From Pirellulales bacterium (GTDB lineage: Bacteria > Planctomycetota > Planctomycetia > Pirellulales > UBA1268), in the NCBI GenBank assembly GCA_965249545.1, contig CBDFMH010000005.1, positions 1,223,116-1,287,115 on the forward strand: a stretch of DNA of 64,000 nucleotides, written 5' to 3'. This document shows, piece by piece, positions 42,885 to 54,232 of this stretch. Each line of letters opens with the position of its first letter. Position 1 is the stretch's first letter. The notes under the pieces are model-generated. The model worked only from the letters and a program-made list of their open reading frames with translations, was not told the origin of the DNA and did not search any database. Position numbers and translations under genes: made by a program.

Positions 42885-45149
42885 TCAAAATGTTTTTTCT
42901 TCTGTAGAAGATTCAGTTTCGTATGGAGTTTTTGCAGTGATGTCTTGTTTGTGATTGTCAATGATTTGGGTCTGGTAAAGGCGGGCGTAGGTCCCGCCAA
43001 TAGCAAGTAATTCATCATGTGTACCAATTTCAACAATCTGGCCATGCTCAAGTACAACTAAACGATCTGCCCGGCGAAGCGTGGCAAGTCTATGGGCAAT
43101 TGCTATTGTGGTTCGGCCCGTCACAAGTTTCTCGATTGCGTGCTGAATAACTGATTCAGTCTCAGCATCAACACTCGATGTCGCTTCATCAAGGATAAGT
43201 ATTGCAGGGTCAACTAAAAGTGCTCGAGCAATTGAAATCCGCTGTCGCTCGCCACCGGAGAGTTGGGCTCCGCGTTCACCAACCCGTGAATCGTATGCAT
43301 GAGGAAGACGAAGGATAAATTCATGTGCTCCGGCAGCTCGGGCGGCATTAACAATTTCTTCCCGCGACGCCTCTGGCCGTCCGTATGCAATATTTTCGGC
43401 TATCGACCCAAAGAAAAGAAAGGGTTCCTGCAAAACGCATCCGATATGTCGTCGGTAGTTATTTAGTGCAAGTTTACGAAGATCTATTCCATCAACACAG
43501 ATAGAGCCATTACTTGGATCATGAAAACGACAGATAAGATTGGCGAGTGTTGTTTTTCCCGCACCGCTGGTTCCAACCAGCCCGATCATTTCTCCTGCTT
43601 CAATGGTGAGGTTAATTCCATGAATGACTTCGCGGTTGCCATAACGGAAATGGATATTTTGTAAATCAATCTGGCCTTTGAAGTGTTCAATTTGATGCGG
43701 AACAGCGGGCTCTGCGACTGTCGGGTGGCAGTCAAGAAGGTCACAAATTCTTTGTGCACTTGCAGCCGCCCGTTGTGTTGCAGGAACCATCCGCACCATG
43801 GATTCCACCTTGCCATAAAACCGTGATATGTAGGCGAGAAAAGCGGTTAATGTCCCAACAGTGACAGAGTTATTGAAAACGAGCCACACCCCACTTGCCC
43901 AAATGACAAGAATTCCAAATTCACTGAATAGTGTGACGAGTGGGCCAAAATAACTCCACGTAATGTTGACATGGTCATTCGCCTCGAGAACACGATTATT
44001 CGCACGCCTGAATCGACTGATCTCTCGCTTCTCTTGAGCGAATGCCTTCACAACGCGGATTCCTGGAATCGTATCGGCTAAAGCACTCGTCATATCAGCC
44101 CAGGCGATACGGCTACGAGAAAATCCTTGGTGCAATCTGCCACGGACAGAGTAGACAAGCCAAATGACAAAAGGAAACGGTACAAGAGTCATTACTGCAA
44201 GCAGCGGAGAAATGGTAAATAGCACAATGGCAGTAAATACCACGAGAAGCAGATTTGAGAAAAAATCGATCAGGCTTATCGATACATAGTTGTTCAGCCG
44301 CTCAGTATCACTCCCGATCCTTGAAATGAGGTCACCGGTTCGTCGGGTGGCAAAAAAATCGAGTGATAATGACTGCACGTGAGCATAGGTGCGAATTCGC
44401 ATGTCTGCGGTGATGCGTTCACTGACCCAAGCAAGTATCCATGTCCGTCCCCATCCAAGAGAAGAAGCAAGAATGGCTGCTGCAGCGAGACCAGCAAGGT
44501 ACGGCAGGGCGGTTCCAATAGCTACATGCTCTCCGGATTGCTGTGGTATGAGTACCCTGTCAACAAGTGGCATTGTGAGATATGGAGGTACGAGGCTGGC
44601 AAACGTAGTGGCAAGAGCAAGTACGGTACCGATCGCGACAATCCGCCAATATGGACCGGCAAAGCTGAGTACCCGAACAAGTGCAGCAAATGATCCCGTT
44701 GTTATTTTTTTTGATGCATTGGGAGAAGGGCTATCGCCATTTGAGTTCAACTTCAAAGGCAATTTATTACTTGAGAACAAATCGTCGCGTGCTATTTCAA
44801 AACCATCGATTAGTCGTTCAACGTCAGGTGTGATTCCAGCACTAAATTTCCAACATTTAAGAACCTCTTGACCCGTGCGCAGTTCAATTTGGCCAATCGT
44901 AGGCCGATTCGTCAGGGTCAGTTGAAGATTTTTTTGTAGTGGCCAGCAATGTTGTGCGTGGCTTTTGCATTCGTCAATAAGATGTTGTGTCGTGGGAGGG
45001 CGACCTTTTCCTGAGTACAGGGCCGCCGTAGAGATTGCCAACCAGCTCGAACCGAACTGTGCTTTGTCATCAAGATTGATATGACAGCATGCCAGCAAAG
45101 TCTCTGATGTTTTGGAGCTGGCACGATCAAAGGATTCAGCTGATGGCAT
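42885..45149 (-). CDS. fused TMD-NBD ABC exporter (MsbA-like type) with a ~165-aa N-terminal cytoplasmic extension
   Basis: Walker A 'GTSGAGKTTL', signature 'LSGGERQRISIARAL', Walker B 'ILILDEATSSVD', and six hydrophobic segments. The first ~165 residues are soluble and unrecognised. Confidence 0.9.
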   Translation of the reverse strand: MPSAESFDRASSKTSETLLACCHINLDDKAQFGSSWLAISTAALYSGKGRPPTTQHLIDECKSHAQHCWPLQKNLQLTLTNRPTIGQIELRTGQEVLKCWKFSAGITPDVERLIDGFEIARDDLFSSNKLPLKLNSNGDSPSPNASKKITTGSFAALVRVLSFAGPYWRIVAIGTVLALATTFASLVPPYLTMPLVDRVLIPQQSGEHVAIGTALPYLAGLAAAAILASSLGWGRTWILAWVSERITADMRIRTYAHVQSLSLDFFATRRTGDLISRIGSDTERLNNYVSISLIDFFSNLLLVVFTAIVLFTISPLLAVMTLVPFPFVIWLVYSVRGRLHQGFSRSRIAWADMTSALADTIPGIRVVKAFAQEKREISRFRRANNRVLEANDHVNITWSYFGPLVTLFSEFGILVIWASGVWLVFNNSVTVGTLTAFLAYISRFYGKVESMVRMVPATQRAAASAQRICDLLDCHPTVAEPAVPHQIEHFKGQIDLQNIHFRYGNREVIHGINLTIEAGEMIGLVGTSGAGKTTLANLICRFHDPSNGSICVDGIDLRKLALNNYRRHIGCVLQEPFLFFGSIAENIAYGRPEASREEIVNAARAAGAHEFILRLPHAYDSRVGERGAQLSGGERQRISIARALLVDPAILILDEATSSVDAETESVIQHAIEKLVTGRTTIAIAHRLATLRRADRLVVLEHGQIVEIGTHDELLAIGGTYARLYQTQIIDNHKQDITAKTPYETESSTEEKTF

Positions 45150-45850
45150 ATTTATTCGAATTGCAGATGCTGTAACATACTTTGCTGAAAGCGTAGGAAA
45201 TCGCTGACGAGTCTTGTATAGAAATTACACACAATGGTGCCTCGCTGTGTGAAAAACCTACCGACTGAAATTGCAGGAAGCGTCAGAGTATGATTTAAAT
45301 TGGTTTCGAGGCAATTCTGAAGATTGTCGAAATTGGGCAGGAAAGAGGGTATTTGAGTCATCGCCAACAATTTCTAATGATGCAGCAGTGAGGATTTGCT
45401 TATTTTCGGCACACATTATGCATATCAGAGTATCCTAGTGGTTCGATCCAACGACTGAGCTTCTTCAGAAACTTCGGTTCAAAACAGCGTTTTTTTCAAT
45501 TTGGTTTCATGCGAAATGCTCAAAACCGAGGATGAGTAGATGGAGATTGAAGGATTAAAACTTGGAATTGGAATCGCCAAATAGTATCGTAACACGGTTC
45601 AATCAAGCGAAAGCTTGCTGGAAAGAATCCGAGAAATACATGGCATATGTGTTCCCCCGCCTCCTTTCGCAGACTTTGGCACCGCTACGTCATGGTGAGC
45701 GTTTTGCTCCGAGCATCGTGGCTTGTAAGCAAAGAGGTTTCAAGACGATCAGCCTCCTGTCATGCATTGTTTATCCAAAATCCTCATTTCAATAATCTAA
45801 CACTCTCCTCTGATTCATTCTGACGAATTCTCCTGTGGTGCCTTCCGCTT

Positions 45851-48565
45851 ATGAATATTGACAAGATAAAAGTTCTTCGAGGTCCTAATCAGTGGGCCCG
45901 TTTTCCTGTTCTTGAAGTCCGTGTTGATCTCGGGTGGCTTGAGGAATATCCCTCACATACGCTTGCTGGTTTTAATGAACGATTGATGAAATGGCTGCCA
46001 ACCATGATCGAGCATCGTTGCTCGATTGGTGAGCGTGGTGGATTTTTTGAACGATTACGCACTGGTACCTGGATGGGGCATGTTCTTGAACATGTGACAC
46101 TCGAACTTCAATCACTTGCTGGTACAGAAGTTGGGTACGGTAGGGCACACGAAACGAAAAAACATGGTGTCTACAACGTCATCATTGAATATAAGGAAGA
46201 AGAGTTTGCAATAAAGTGTTTGAATGCAGCTCACTCACTCCTTGTTGCTGCCATAGAGGGAAGTCATTTTGATGTTGGACAAACCGTAGAAAGTTTGCGG
46301 GAGAAGTTGCTTGTCGAACAACTTGGTCCGAGTACCAGGTCAATCGTGGAAGCTGCACGCCGTCGAGACATACCCGTACGTAGGCTCAGTGAGGGGTCAC
46401 TTGTCCGGCTTGGAATTGGGTCCAAGCAGCGTCGGATTATTGCGGCTGAGACCGACCAGACATCGGCTGTCAGTGAGACAATTGCGCAAGACAAGGAATT
46501 AACTCGAGGCTTGCTTGAAGAAGCCGGTATTCCAGTTGCAAAAGGGAAGCCAGTTTTCTCTGCTGAAGAAGCTTGGCAAGTGGCGACGGAAATTGGCTTA
46601 CCAGTAGTCATCAAGCCTCGTTGTGGCAATCAGGGTCGAGGTGTTTCGGTTGGATTGACAACTCAGGACGAGGTGTTCCAGGCATACAGCGTAGCGATTT
46701 CAGAGGAGGAAGAGGTTGTCGTTGAGCGTTGTCTGGCAGGTGATGATTATCGGCTGTTAGTCATCGGAGGTGAGCTTATTGCAGCGGCACGTCGTTGTGC
46801 ACCTTGTATTACAGGTGATGGTAGTTCGACGATTGAAAAGCTTGTCCAGGAAGAGAACAGGAATCCACGTCGTTGCGATGACCATGCAGGATCACTCTCT
46901 CTTTTATGCCTTGATGCCGCTGCTGAGGTTGCCCTGCATGAGCAAGGATTTTCAAAGGAATCCATCCCGAATGATGGGCAGCTTGTTCTTCTCCGTCGGA
47001 ATGCAAATCTGAGTACTGGAGGCACAGCTGAGGATGTCACAGACCAGGTTCATCCAAATACAATCCGGCTCGCTATTGATGCGGTGCGAGTTGTTGGGCT
47101 GGATATTGCTGGTGTTGATATTATGGCGACACGTATTGATCAGCCCTTAAGTGCCCAGCATGGAGGTATTGTTGAAATTAATGCGTGCCCCGGGCTTCGG
47201 ATGCATCTGGAGCCAACGGTTGGAGGACCACGGGACGTTGGTTCAGCGATCATCAATACGCTTTTCACAACCGGCGATGATGGTCGGATTCCTGTTGCAG
47301 CAGTGACCGGTACAAATGGGAAAACAACAGTTACCCGTTTATTAGCTCATGTAGCCTCGGCGGGGGGAGCAACGGTTGGCATTGCATGTACTGAAGGTGT
47401 CTGGGTAGGCGACAGACAACTTGATTCTGGCGATTGTAGTGGGCCAGCAAGTGCACGACGAATATTAGCGCAACCGAACGTAACGACGGCTGTACTCGAG
47501 ACAGCAAGAGGAGGAATTCTTCGCGAAGGGTGTGGGTTTGATGCTTGTGATGTAGCCGTTGTCACTAACATTGCCTCGGGTGATCACCTTGGTCTGCATG
47601 AAATCGATACTCCAGAGCAACTCGCCTGGGTGAAGGGCGCAATTGTTGCCGCTGTGCGGCCAAGTGGTGCAGCCGTCCTCAATGCAGCAGATCCACTGGT
47701 TGTCGATATGAAGAAGTGGTGTCAGGGCCGGGTGATTTATTTTTCTCTGAATCCGGAATTTCCTGTCCTCGTAGAACACCTGGCCTCAGGAGGTCTTGGC
47801 GCGACCATCCGTGACGGATGGATCGTGCTGTGTGATGGACCCCGTGAAACTCGATTAGCAAATTTAGAAAAAGTTCCCTTGGTTCATCAGGGCTTGGTTT
47901 CGTTTCAAGTCGAAAATGCCCTTGCGGCCGCTGCTGCAGCATGGAGCATGGGCGTTCCGCTTGAATTGGTTCGACTCGGACTGGAAAGCTTTTCAAGTGG
48001 AGCACTCGGTAGTCCCGGGCGATTTAATATGCTTGAGTTAGATGGAGCTACTGTGGTTGTTGACTACGGACACAATGTGCCGTCTTTAGAGCAGGTCTGT
48101 TTAACGCTCGAAAAGCTACCACATGCTCAAAGAACTGCTGTGTATTCAGCAGCTGGAGACCGTCGCAATGAAGATCTTCTGCGGCAAGGTGAACTCTTGG
48201 GAAAGACATTCGATCGTATTGTTATCTACGAAGACGCCTATCGAAGAGGCCGCAGTCCGGGGGAGATAACACGACTTATTGCCGAAGGTATCGTACGAAC
48301 AGAACATTCAAAGCGTCGCGCTATAGTCGAGTCTGGAGGAGATTGGGAAACCTCGGCTGCGACGGTACTCGACGCGGTGAAACCTGGTGACCTTGTTTTG
48401 TTGCAGCCTGATACGATCGAACAAACAATGCCGTGGTTAATGGAGCGATATGGTAATCGACTACGTGGCATTGGTTTTGATCAAATAGCAAATGTTCAAT
48501 CGCTGGATCCAAATGAAGCACCACTAAACCCCAAGCACAAAAAAGATCGACCATCAGATCTGTGA
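45851..48565 (+). CDS. cphA: cyanophycin synthetase (CphA1 type: N domain + ATP-grasp + Mur-ligase-like domain)
   Basis: 'VLRGPNQWARFPVLEV', 'MIEHRCSIGERGGFFERLRTGTWMGHVLEHVTLELQ', an ATP-grasp segment ('VVIKPRCGNQGRGVSVGL'), the Mur-ligase P-loop 'VTGTNGKTTVTRLL' and a C-terminal 'DYGHN'. Confidence 0.93.
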   Translation: MNIDKIKVLRGPNQWARFPVLEVRVDLGWLEEYPSHTLAGFNERLMKWLPTMIEHRCSIGERGGFFERLRTGTWMGHVLEHVTLELQSLAGTEVGYGRAHETKKHGVYNVIIEYKEEEFAIKCLNAAHSLLVAAIEGSHFDVGQTVESLREKLLVEQLGPSTRSIVEAARRRDIPVRRLSEGSLVRLGIGSKQRRIIAAETDQTSAVSETIAQDKELTRGLLEEAGIPVAKGKPVFSAEEAWQVATEIGLPVVIKPRCGNQGRGVSVGLTTQDEVFQAYSVAISEEEEVVVERCLAGDDYRLLVIGGELIAAARRCAPCITGDGSSTIEKLVQEENRNPRRCDDHAGSLSLLCLDAAAEVALHEQGFSKESIPNDGQLVLLRRNANLSTGGTAEDVTDQVHPNTIRLAIDAVRVVGLDIAGVDIMATRIDQPLSAQHGGIVEINACPGLRMHLEPTVGGPRDVGSAIINTLFTTGDDGRIPVAAVTGTNGKTTVTRLLAHVASAGGATVGIACTEGVWVGDRQLDSGDCSGPASARRILAQPNVTTAVLETARGGILREGCGFDACDVAVVTNIASGDHLGLHEIDTPEQLAWVKGAIVAAVRPSGAAVLNAADPLVVDMKKWCQGRVIYFSLNPEFPVLVEHLASGGLGATIRDGWIVLCDGPRETRLANLEKVPLVHQGLVSFQVENALAAAAAAWSMGVPLELVRLGLESFSSGALGSPGRFNMLELDGATVVVDYGHNVPSLEQVCLTLEKLPHAQRTAVYSAAGDRRNEDLLRQGELLGKTFDRIVIYEDAYRRGRSPGEITRLIAEGIVRTEHSKRRAIVESGGDWETSAATVLDAVKPGDLVLLQPDTIEQTMPWLMERYGNRLRGIGFDQIANVQSLDPNEAPLNPKHKKDRPSDL

Positions 48566-48587
48566 GGCAATGAATCTTTGCCCACCA

Positions 48588-49655
48588 TCATTTAAGACCA
48601 GTTTTGCGATCAAGTGCTCCACGCACACCAAGCTGCTCCGGGTGACGTGCGATTTTGTCGGTAAATACGCGAACGTCATCAATAATTGGCCGTAAGTCTT
48701 GTGTTAGACGGTTGACGTTGTTTGCGGCTTGGGCGAGGTCATTGTAAACCTCTGGATCACGAACCAGTTTGCCAAGCGTTCCTTGCGATTCGTTGAGGGC
48801 TTGAGTGAAGGTGGCTGCTTGAACGAGGACAGTGTCGAGGCGATTAATAGCACGGTCTATACCCTGTACCATTGATGCACCGCGTTCACCGAGGGGTTTT
48901 GAAAAGCCTTCAAGATTTCGGAGATTGCGATCAGCAGTATCAATGGTTGCACTGATACCTCCGACAGACTTTCGCAGATCAACAAGAACATCAGGCAATG
49001 TATAGATAGAGTCCTTTAGTTTTTCTCTCGCTTCAGCATCACCAACAATATCATTCACATTGTTCATGGCCGTTGTAAAGGTATCCAGTGCAACGTCAAG
49101 TTTCTTAACGGTCTGATCAATCTGAATGTCCTCTTTTACAAAAATTCTCTCAATATTTTCTGAGAGCATAGCAACAGCATCACCTGCCCGAGTGAGTGAC
49201 TCGAGGGAGGCTGTTACTTTTGGCTCGAGTGTTGAAAATAGTGCAAGGGGATCTTTCGATACCGCACCTCGCAAAACCTCATCTGTTGTGATTCGTTGGC
49301 GAGGAGGTGCAATGCGGCCTGCCACAAGTTCAATTTCGGCGTCACCAAGAATTGTACTTGCGACACGTGGGGTCTCATCACGGTAGACCGGTACATAGGA
49401 GTCAATTTGAGCTACTACACTTACGCCACCACGTTCATCGAGCATGACTGAGTTGACTCGTCCGACAAGAATGCCATTCTTTCGAACGGGGGTGCCACTT
49501 GAAACCCCTCTTGCTTCTGAGAAGTTCATGCGTAGCGGATATGTTGATTGGACAAGACTTGGCAAATCTCCAAATAAAACAATAAGTATTCCAGCGATAA
49601 TGGCCGTCGCTAAGACCATCACGCCAACACGAAATTGGATTACACGCTCACTCAT
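48588..49655 (-). CDS. mlaD: MlaD/MCE-domain protein
   Basis: N-terminal TM 'VGVMVLATAIIAGILIVLFG' followed by an MCE domain ('GVSSGTPVRKNGILVGRVNSV'). The start overlaps the mlaF stop by 8 nt. Confidence 0.85.
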   Translation of the reverse strand: MSERVIQFRVGVMVLATAIIAGILIVLFGDLPSLVQSTYPLRMNFSEARGVSSGTPVRKNGILVGRVNSVMLDERGGVSVVAQIDSYVPVYRDETPRVASTILGDAEIELVAGRIAPPRQRITTDEVLRGAVSKDPLALFSTLEPKVTASLESLTRAGDAVAMLSENIERIFVKEDIQIDQTVKKLDVALDTFTTAMNNVNDIVGDAEAREKLKDSIYTLPDVLVDLRKSVGGISATIDTADRNLRNLEGFSKPLGERGASMVQGIDRAINRLDTVLVQAATFTQALNESQGTLGKLVRDPEVYNDLAQAANNVNRLTQDLRPIIDDVRVFTDKIARHPEQLGVRGALDRKTGLK

Positions 49656-50544
49656 GATCGTTCTCCTGATCCTTCATCTCAGTGGATGGCCCGTAGTCTT
49701 TTTGGCCCTGCTCTTTTCGGAGTTCGTTGAGACGTTGCCCGGCTTTGCCTTCAACGAATTGTCGAACACGAGGATCTTTTGATCCGTCAAGTTGTTCTGG
49801 TGTGCCAGTAAAAATTATCTGTGATTCACCATTTTTGAGCCGAGAAAGTGGATAGAGCATAATAATTCGGTCTGCCACTTTATGGGCAGTTGTCATGTCA
49901 TGCGTGACTACTACGTTTGTTGTTTCTGGTCTTTGATGGACCCGTAGAATCAGTTCATTAATGACATCACCCATGATTGGATCAAGCCCCGTAGTTGGCT
50001 CGTCGTAGAGAACCAACTGTGGGTCCAGTGCAAGTGCTCGCGCGAGGCCGGCACGCTTTCTCATGCCGCCAGACAGTTCAACCGGTTTCTTAGTCAGTAC
50101 CGCTCGTGGTAGGCCAACCTCTGCTACAAGTTCAGCAACAATTTTAGCTATTTCATCTTCATCAAGTTGAGTATGTTCGCGCAGAGGGAATGCTATGTTA
50201 TCGGCAATTGTAGCGCTATCAAAAAGAGCGGCACCCTGAAAAACAAACCCGTAGCGTGTCCGGAGATGGGCAAGTTCACGTTCGGTCATCATAGCTAAGG
50301 AGGTGTCCTCAAATCGTACATCTCCTTTGGTTGGCTGTATAAGGCCGATCATTGTTTTTAAGAGCACAGTTTTTCCGCATCCGCTCTCGCCAAGAATGAC
50401 AAGGGTTTCACCAGAGGCAAGTTCGAGGGAAATGTCACGCAAAACCTGCTGGTCACCAAAGGTTATCGAAAGCGAATCAATGAAAAGCAGTGGTTCTGCA
50501 GTTATTGCTTCTTGTGTCGGTGCATCGATAGCGGAAGTGGTCAT
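49648..50544 (-). CDS. mlaF: ABC transporter ATP-binding protein, MlaF-like
   Basis: 'GESGCGKTVLLK', 'LSGGMRKRAGLARAL', 'VLYDEPTTGLDP' and 'VTHDM'. Confidence 0.88.
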   Translation of the reverse strand: MTTSAIDAPTQEAITAEPLLFIDSLSITFGDQQVLRDISLELASGETLVILGESGCGKTVLLKTMIGLIQPTKGDVRFEDTSLAMMTERELAHLRTRYGFVFQGAALFDSATIADNIAFPLREHTQLDEDEIAKIVAELVAEVGLPRAVLTKKPVELSGGMRKRAGLARALALDPQLVLYDEPTTGLDPIMGDVINELILRVHQRPETTNVVVTHDMTTAHKVADRIIMLYPLSRLKNGESQIIFTGTPEQLDGSKDPRVRQFVEGKAGQRLNELRKEQGQKDYGPSTEMKDQENDHE

Positions 50545-50573
50545 CGTAAGGTTTTTTATAAAATGTATGGTGT

Positions 50574-51446
50574 TTAAAGAAGGCTTCGCGGACCTTCAGG
50601 CCGTAAGTAGTCCTGTACGTTGTTCAGTCCAATGCCCAAGAAAAGATCGAGTACAAGGATGAGAACAAACGAGTGCACGAAAGCATTTGTTGCAGCTCGG
50701 CCAACTCCCTGTGCGCCATGGTCGCAATGAAAGCCATGGTGGCAACTGACTAAGGCAATCGCCGCACCAAAAAAGAAGCTTTTGAAAATTCCCATAAAAA
50801 AATCAAAGGAATCGATATAGGCTCGAGAATTTGCCCAATAGTGGTGATAATCAATACCAAGGATGGCATGAGAATAGACATAGCCACCGAGCACTCCCAT
50901 AAAATCAGCCATGATCGTTAGTGCAGGAATGAGTACAAGACAGCCTAGAAAGCGAGGGACAACGAGATAATAGATTGGATTTGCTCCCATGCTCTCAAGG
51001 GCATCAATTTGTTCTGTAACTCGCATCGTGCCTAATTCTGCAGCCATGGCACTTCCAACCCGTCCGGCCAGCATTGTTGCTGCGAGTACTGGGCCGAGTT
51101 CACGAATAAGTGAAAGGTTAATCACAGAACCAAGTCGTGTTTGCAGGCCGAGTGCTTTGAATTGAGCATAGCTCTGCACAGCCAAGACCATTCCAATGAA
51201 AAGGCCGGTAAGTGCAATGACAGGGAGAGACAAAACGCCAATCTGGTAGAAGCTTGGCATCAACACATCTCGTCGTTGACGACGCGCAAATAGCCACCCA
51301 ATGGTTCGTAAAGCAAAAAGAGTTACGTCACCAATGCCAGCAACCGTTGTGATCGCCATGTCACCGACATCAGCGACTCTACTCGCAAACCAGCCAGTGA
51401 CATTGTCAGCGGCCTGTTCTGGTTGTGGGATGGCAGTTGAATTCAT
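50574..51446 (-). CDS. mlaE: ABC transporter permease, MlaE-like
   Basis: Multi-TM protein with 'REL(G)PVL(A)A...GR(V)GSA(M)[16 protein letters not shown]', which is characteristic of MlaE/YrbE. Confidence 0.88.
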   Translation of the reverse strand: MNSTAIPQPEQAADNVTGWFASRVADVGDMAITTVAGIGDVTLFALRTIGWLFARRQRRDVLMPSFYQIGVLSLPVIALTGLFIGMVLAVQSYAQFKALGLQTRLGSVINLSLIRELGPVLAATMLAGRVGSAMAAELGTMRVTEQIDALESMGANPIYYLVVPRFLGCLVLIPALTIMADFMGVLGGYVYSHAILGIDYHHYWANSRAYIDSFDFFMGIFKSFFFGAAIALVSCHHGFHCDHGAQGVGRAATNAFVHSFVLILVLDLFLGIGLNNVQDYLRPEGPRSLL

Positions 51447-51691
51447 AAATACGGACCTTCACCGCGGTGGCGGCACTCCTTGCGGTTTAGATCGGCTAGA
51501 AGGACCTGGTGCCTTGAACCGTTTAGGGAGAGGTTGCGGGCTTTGCGGGCTCTTGGAAGAATCCAAAGGACGCAGCATCACAAAAAGAGCTCTCCGACAG
51601 AAAGCTGTGATGTCACAAAGGCTATATATTTCGAACTTGTAGAGAGTTCGTCATATCAGAACGGCTCCGGCAACCCTCTGCGCTCTTTTTC

Positions 51692-54232
51692 TCAACTGGT
51701 CGATTCGTCTGAAGATCCTGCGGCCACCGGTTCGGCAGTTACGATCCCATGAAAGACCAGCTGTTTCTTTCCAGCCACTTCTTTGCAGTCCACTTGAATG
51801 GTGTCTTTTCCTTCAAATTCACCTTTCAGAAGTTCCTCCGAAACAGGATCTTCGATGTAGTTCTCAAGTGCACGCCGAAGAGGTCGAGCTCCGAAATCAG
51901 TATCAGAGCCTTTCTTAATGAGAAACTGCTTCGACTCATCGGTAAGCTCGAGTTTGAGACCACGCTCGAGTAGTCGTTCCCGGACTTTTGCAAGTTCAAT
52001 ATCAATCACCTCTTTTAGGTTTTCAACCGTAAGGTGATGGAAGACTATGAGATCGTCGAGGCGGTTAATAAACTCTGGACGGAAAACCTTCTCGATTCGT
52101 TCATTGACCCGGGCTTTCATGCTTTCATACCCACTGTCGTCCTCAGGCTTCTGGAAACCAAAGGCAGATTCATTCTTGATTGCCTCGGCTCCTGCATTGG
52201 TTGTCATGATGAGAATCGTATTCCGAAAGTCAACATTTCTCCCAAAGGAGTCGGTGAGTCGACCTTCCTCCATCACCTGAAGAAGCATGTTGAAGACGTC
52301 TGGGTGAGCTTTTTCAATCTCATCAAGAAGAACGACCGCATATGGACGGCGACGAATTTTTTCAGTGAGTTGGCCTCCTTCTTCGAAACCAACGTATCCA
52401 GGAGGGGCACCAACGAGACGACTGACATTGTGCTTCTCCATGTACTCACTCATATCAATTGATATGAGCGCGTCATCGTCTCCGAACATAAACTCAGCAA
52501 GTGCTTTTGCTAAGAGGGTTTTCCCAACGCCTGTTGGGCCAGCCAAAACAAAGCAACCAATTGGGCGCTTGGGGTCTTTAAGACCTGAACGACTTCGGCG
52601 AACAGCTTTCGAAATGCTTTTGATTGCCGCATCTTGCCCGATCACTCGCTTGTGCAGTGAATCTTCCATTTGCATTAACCGCTGGCTGTCCTCTGTCGAC
52701 ATTCTTGTCAACGGAATGCCAGTCATCTTCGAAACAACCTCAGCAACAACTTCCTCGTCAACAACGCCATCAGCCTCACGAGATTTTTCTCGCCACTCTT
52801 TGGTCATTTGCTGTTTTTTCTTCTTTAATTTGTCAGCCTGATCTCGCAGTGCTGCCGCTTTTTCAAAATCTTGGTTGGCAACAGCCTCTTCTTTTTCCTT
52901 GTTTAGGCGATCGACTTCCGCATCAATTTCCTTGAGGTCTGGTGGACGCGTCATTGCCTTCAACCTCACTCGTGCTCCAGCTTCATCTATTACATCAATT
53001 GCTTTATCGGGAAGTGCACGGCCGGTGATATAGCGACTGGAGAGTTCTACTGACGCTTCAAGGGCGTCGTCAGTAATGGACACTCTATGATGACTTTCGT
53101 AGCGGTCTCGGAGTCCCTTGAGGATTTCAACTGCTTCTTTTTTCGACGCGGGTTCCACCATGACAAGCTGAAAACGTCTATCGAGTGCCGAATCCTTTTC
53201 AATGTACTTGCGATATTCATCCAGCGTGGTTGCTCCAATGCACTGGATCTCACCGCGAGCAAGGGCTGGCTTAAGAACATTTGAGGCGTCAATGGCTCCC
53301 TCTGCTCCCCCAGCTCCGACAAGTGTGTGGAGTTCGTCAATAAAAAGAATGGTATTTTTGGCACGTCGGACTTCGTTCATGACGGCCTTAATTCGCTCCT
53401 CAAACTGACCACGGTATTTCGTACCAGCGACCATCATCGCCAAGTCGAGAACCACAATTCTTCGTTCGGCAAGAAGTTCGGGAATATTCCCTTCGATAAC
53501 TCTTTGCGCAAACCCTTCGACAATTGCAGTTTTTCCAACACCAGCCTCGCCAATCAGCACGGGGTTATTTTTCGTTCGTCGGCAGAGTATCTGAATGGCC
53601 CGTTCGATTTCATGCTCCCGGCCGATAACGGGATCAAGTTTTCCTTGTTTTGCTAATTCGGTCAGGTCACGGCCAAATGAATCCAGTGCAGGGGTTTTAC
53701 TCTTACCACTTTTTGTGGGAGCGTCACTGCCTCCGCCACCAGCGCCAGCCATCTGGCGGCCACTCATGCCAGCCCTGTCGCTTCCTTCGTCCATGCCATG
53801 TCCAAGAAGATTAAGAACTTCTTCGCGAACATCTTCAAGTTTCAGCCCAAGATTCATAAGAACTTGAGCAGCGACACCTTCTTGTTCACGGAGTAGTCCG
53901 AGCAAGATATGCTCAGTTCCAACATAATTGTGATTCAGGTTTCGTGCCTCTTCCATTGAATATTCAATGACTTTCTTGGCACGGGGTGTCTGTGGCAATT
54001 TGCCCATCGTGACCATGTCTGGCCCACTCTGTACAAGTTTTTCCACTTCGAGACGAATCTTACGAAGGTCGACGTCAAGGTTTTTTAAGACATTGGCGGC
54101 AACCCCACTACCTTCTTTAATCAAACCGAGTAGGACGTGTTCGGTTCCGATGTATTCGTGATTAAACCGCTGGGCTTCCTGATTAGCCAGTTGCATTACC
54201 TTACGGGCACGGTCTGTGAAACGCTCGTACAT
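51692..54232 (-). CDS. clpC: ATP-dependent Clp protease ATP-binding subunit ClpC (class I AAA+)
   Basis: Clp_N repeats '[33 protein letters not shown]'. Two AAA+ modules ('[13 protein letters not shown]', '[15 protein letters not shown]') with a middle coiled-coil region. Confidence 0.93.
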   Translation of the reverse strand: MYERFTDRARKVMQLANQEAQRFNHEYIGTEHVLLGLIKEGSGVAANVLKNLDVDLRKIRLEVEKLVQSGPDMVTMGKLPQTPRAKKVIEYSMEEARNLNHNYVGTEHILLGLLREQEGVAAQVLMNLGLKLEDVREEVLNLLGHGMDEGSDRAGMSGRQMAGAGGGGSDAPTKSGKSKTPALDSFGRDLTELAKQGKLDPVIGREHEIERAIQILCRRTKNNPVLIGEAGVGKTAIVEGFAQRVIEGNIPELLAERRIVVLDLAMMVAGTKYRGQFEERIKAVMNEVRRAKNTILFIDELHTLVGAGGAEGAIDASNVLKPALARGEIQCIGATTLDEYRKYIEKDSALDRRFQLVMVEPASKKEAVEILKGLRDRYESHHRVSITDDALEASVELSSRYITGRALPDKAIDVIDEAGARVRLKAMTRPPDLKEIDAEVDRLNKEKEEAVANQDFEKAAALRDQADKLKKKKQQMTKEWREKSREADGVVDEEVVAEVVSKMTGIPLTRMSTEDSQRLMQMEDSLHKRVIGQDAAIKSISKAVRRSRSGLKDPKRPIGCFVLAGPTGVGKTLLAKALAEFMFGDDDALISIDMSEYMEKHNVSRLVGAPPGYVGFEEGGQLTEKIRRRPYAVVLLDEIEKAHPDVFNMLLQVMEEGRLTDSFGRNVDFRNTILIMTTNAGAEAIKNESAFGFQKPEDDSGYESMKARVNERIEKVFRPEFINRLDDLIVFHHLTVENLKEVIDIELAKVRERLLERGLKLELTDESKQFLIKKGSDTDFGARPLRRALENYIEDPVSEELLKGEFEGKDTIQVDCKEVAGKKQLVFHGIVTAEPVAAGSSDESTS

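Noticed and set aside
45684-45700. Sigma-54 promoter-like 'TGGCACcgctacgtca' upstream of cphA. Other TGGCAC hits occur at 7971, 15246, 16006, 57371 and 57491.
   Set aside because: None has the GC/TTGC element at the correct -12 spacing (GG-N10-GC), and most are inside coding regions.
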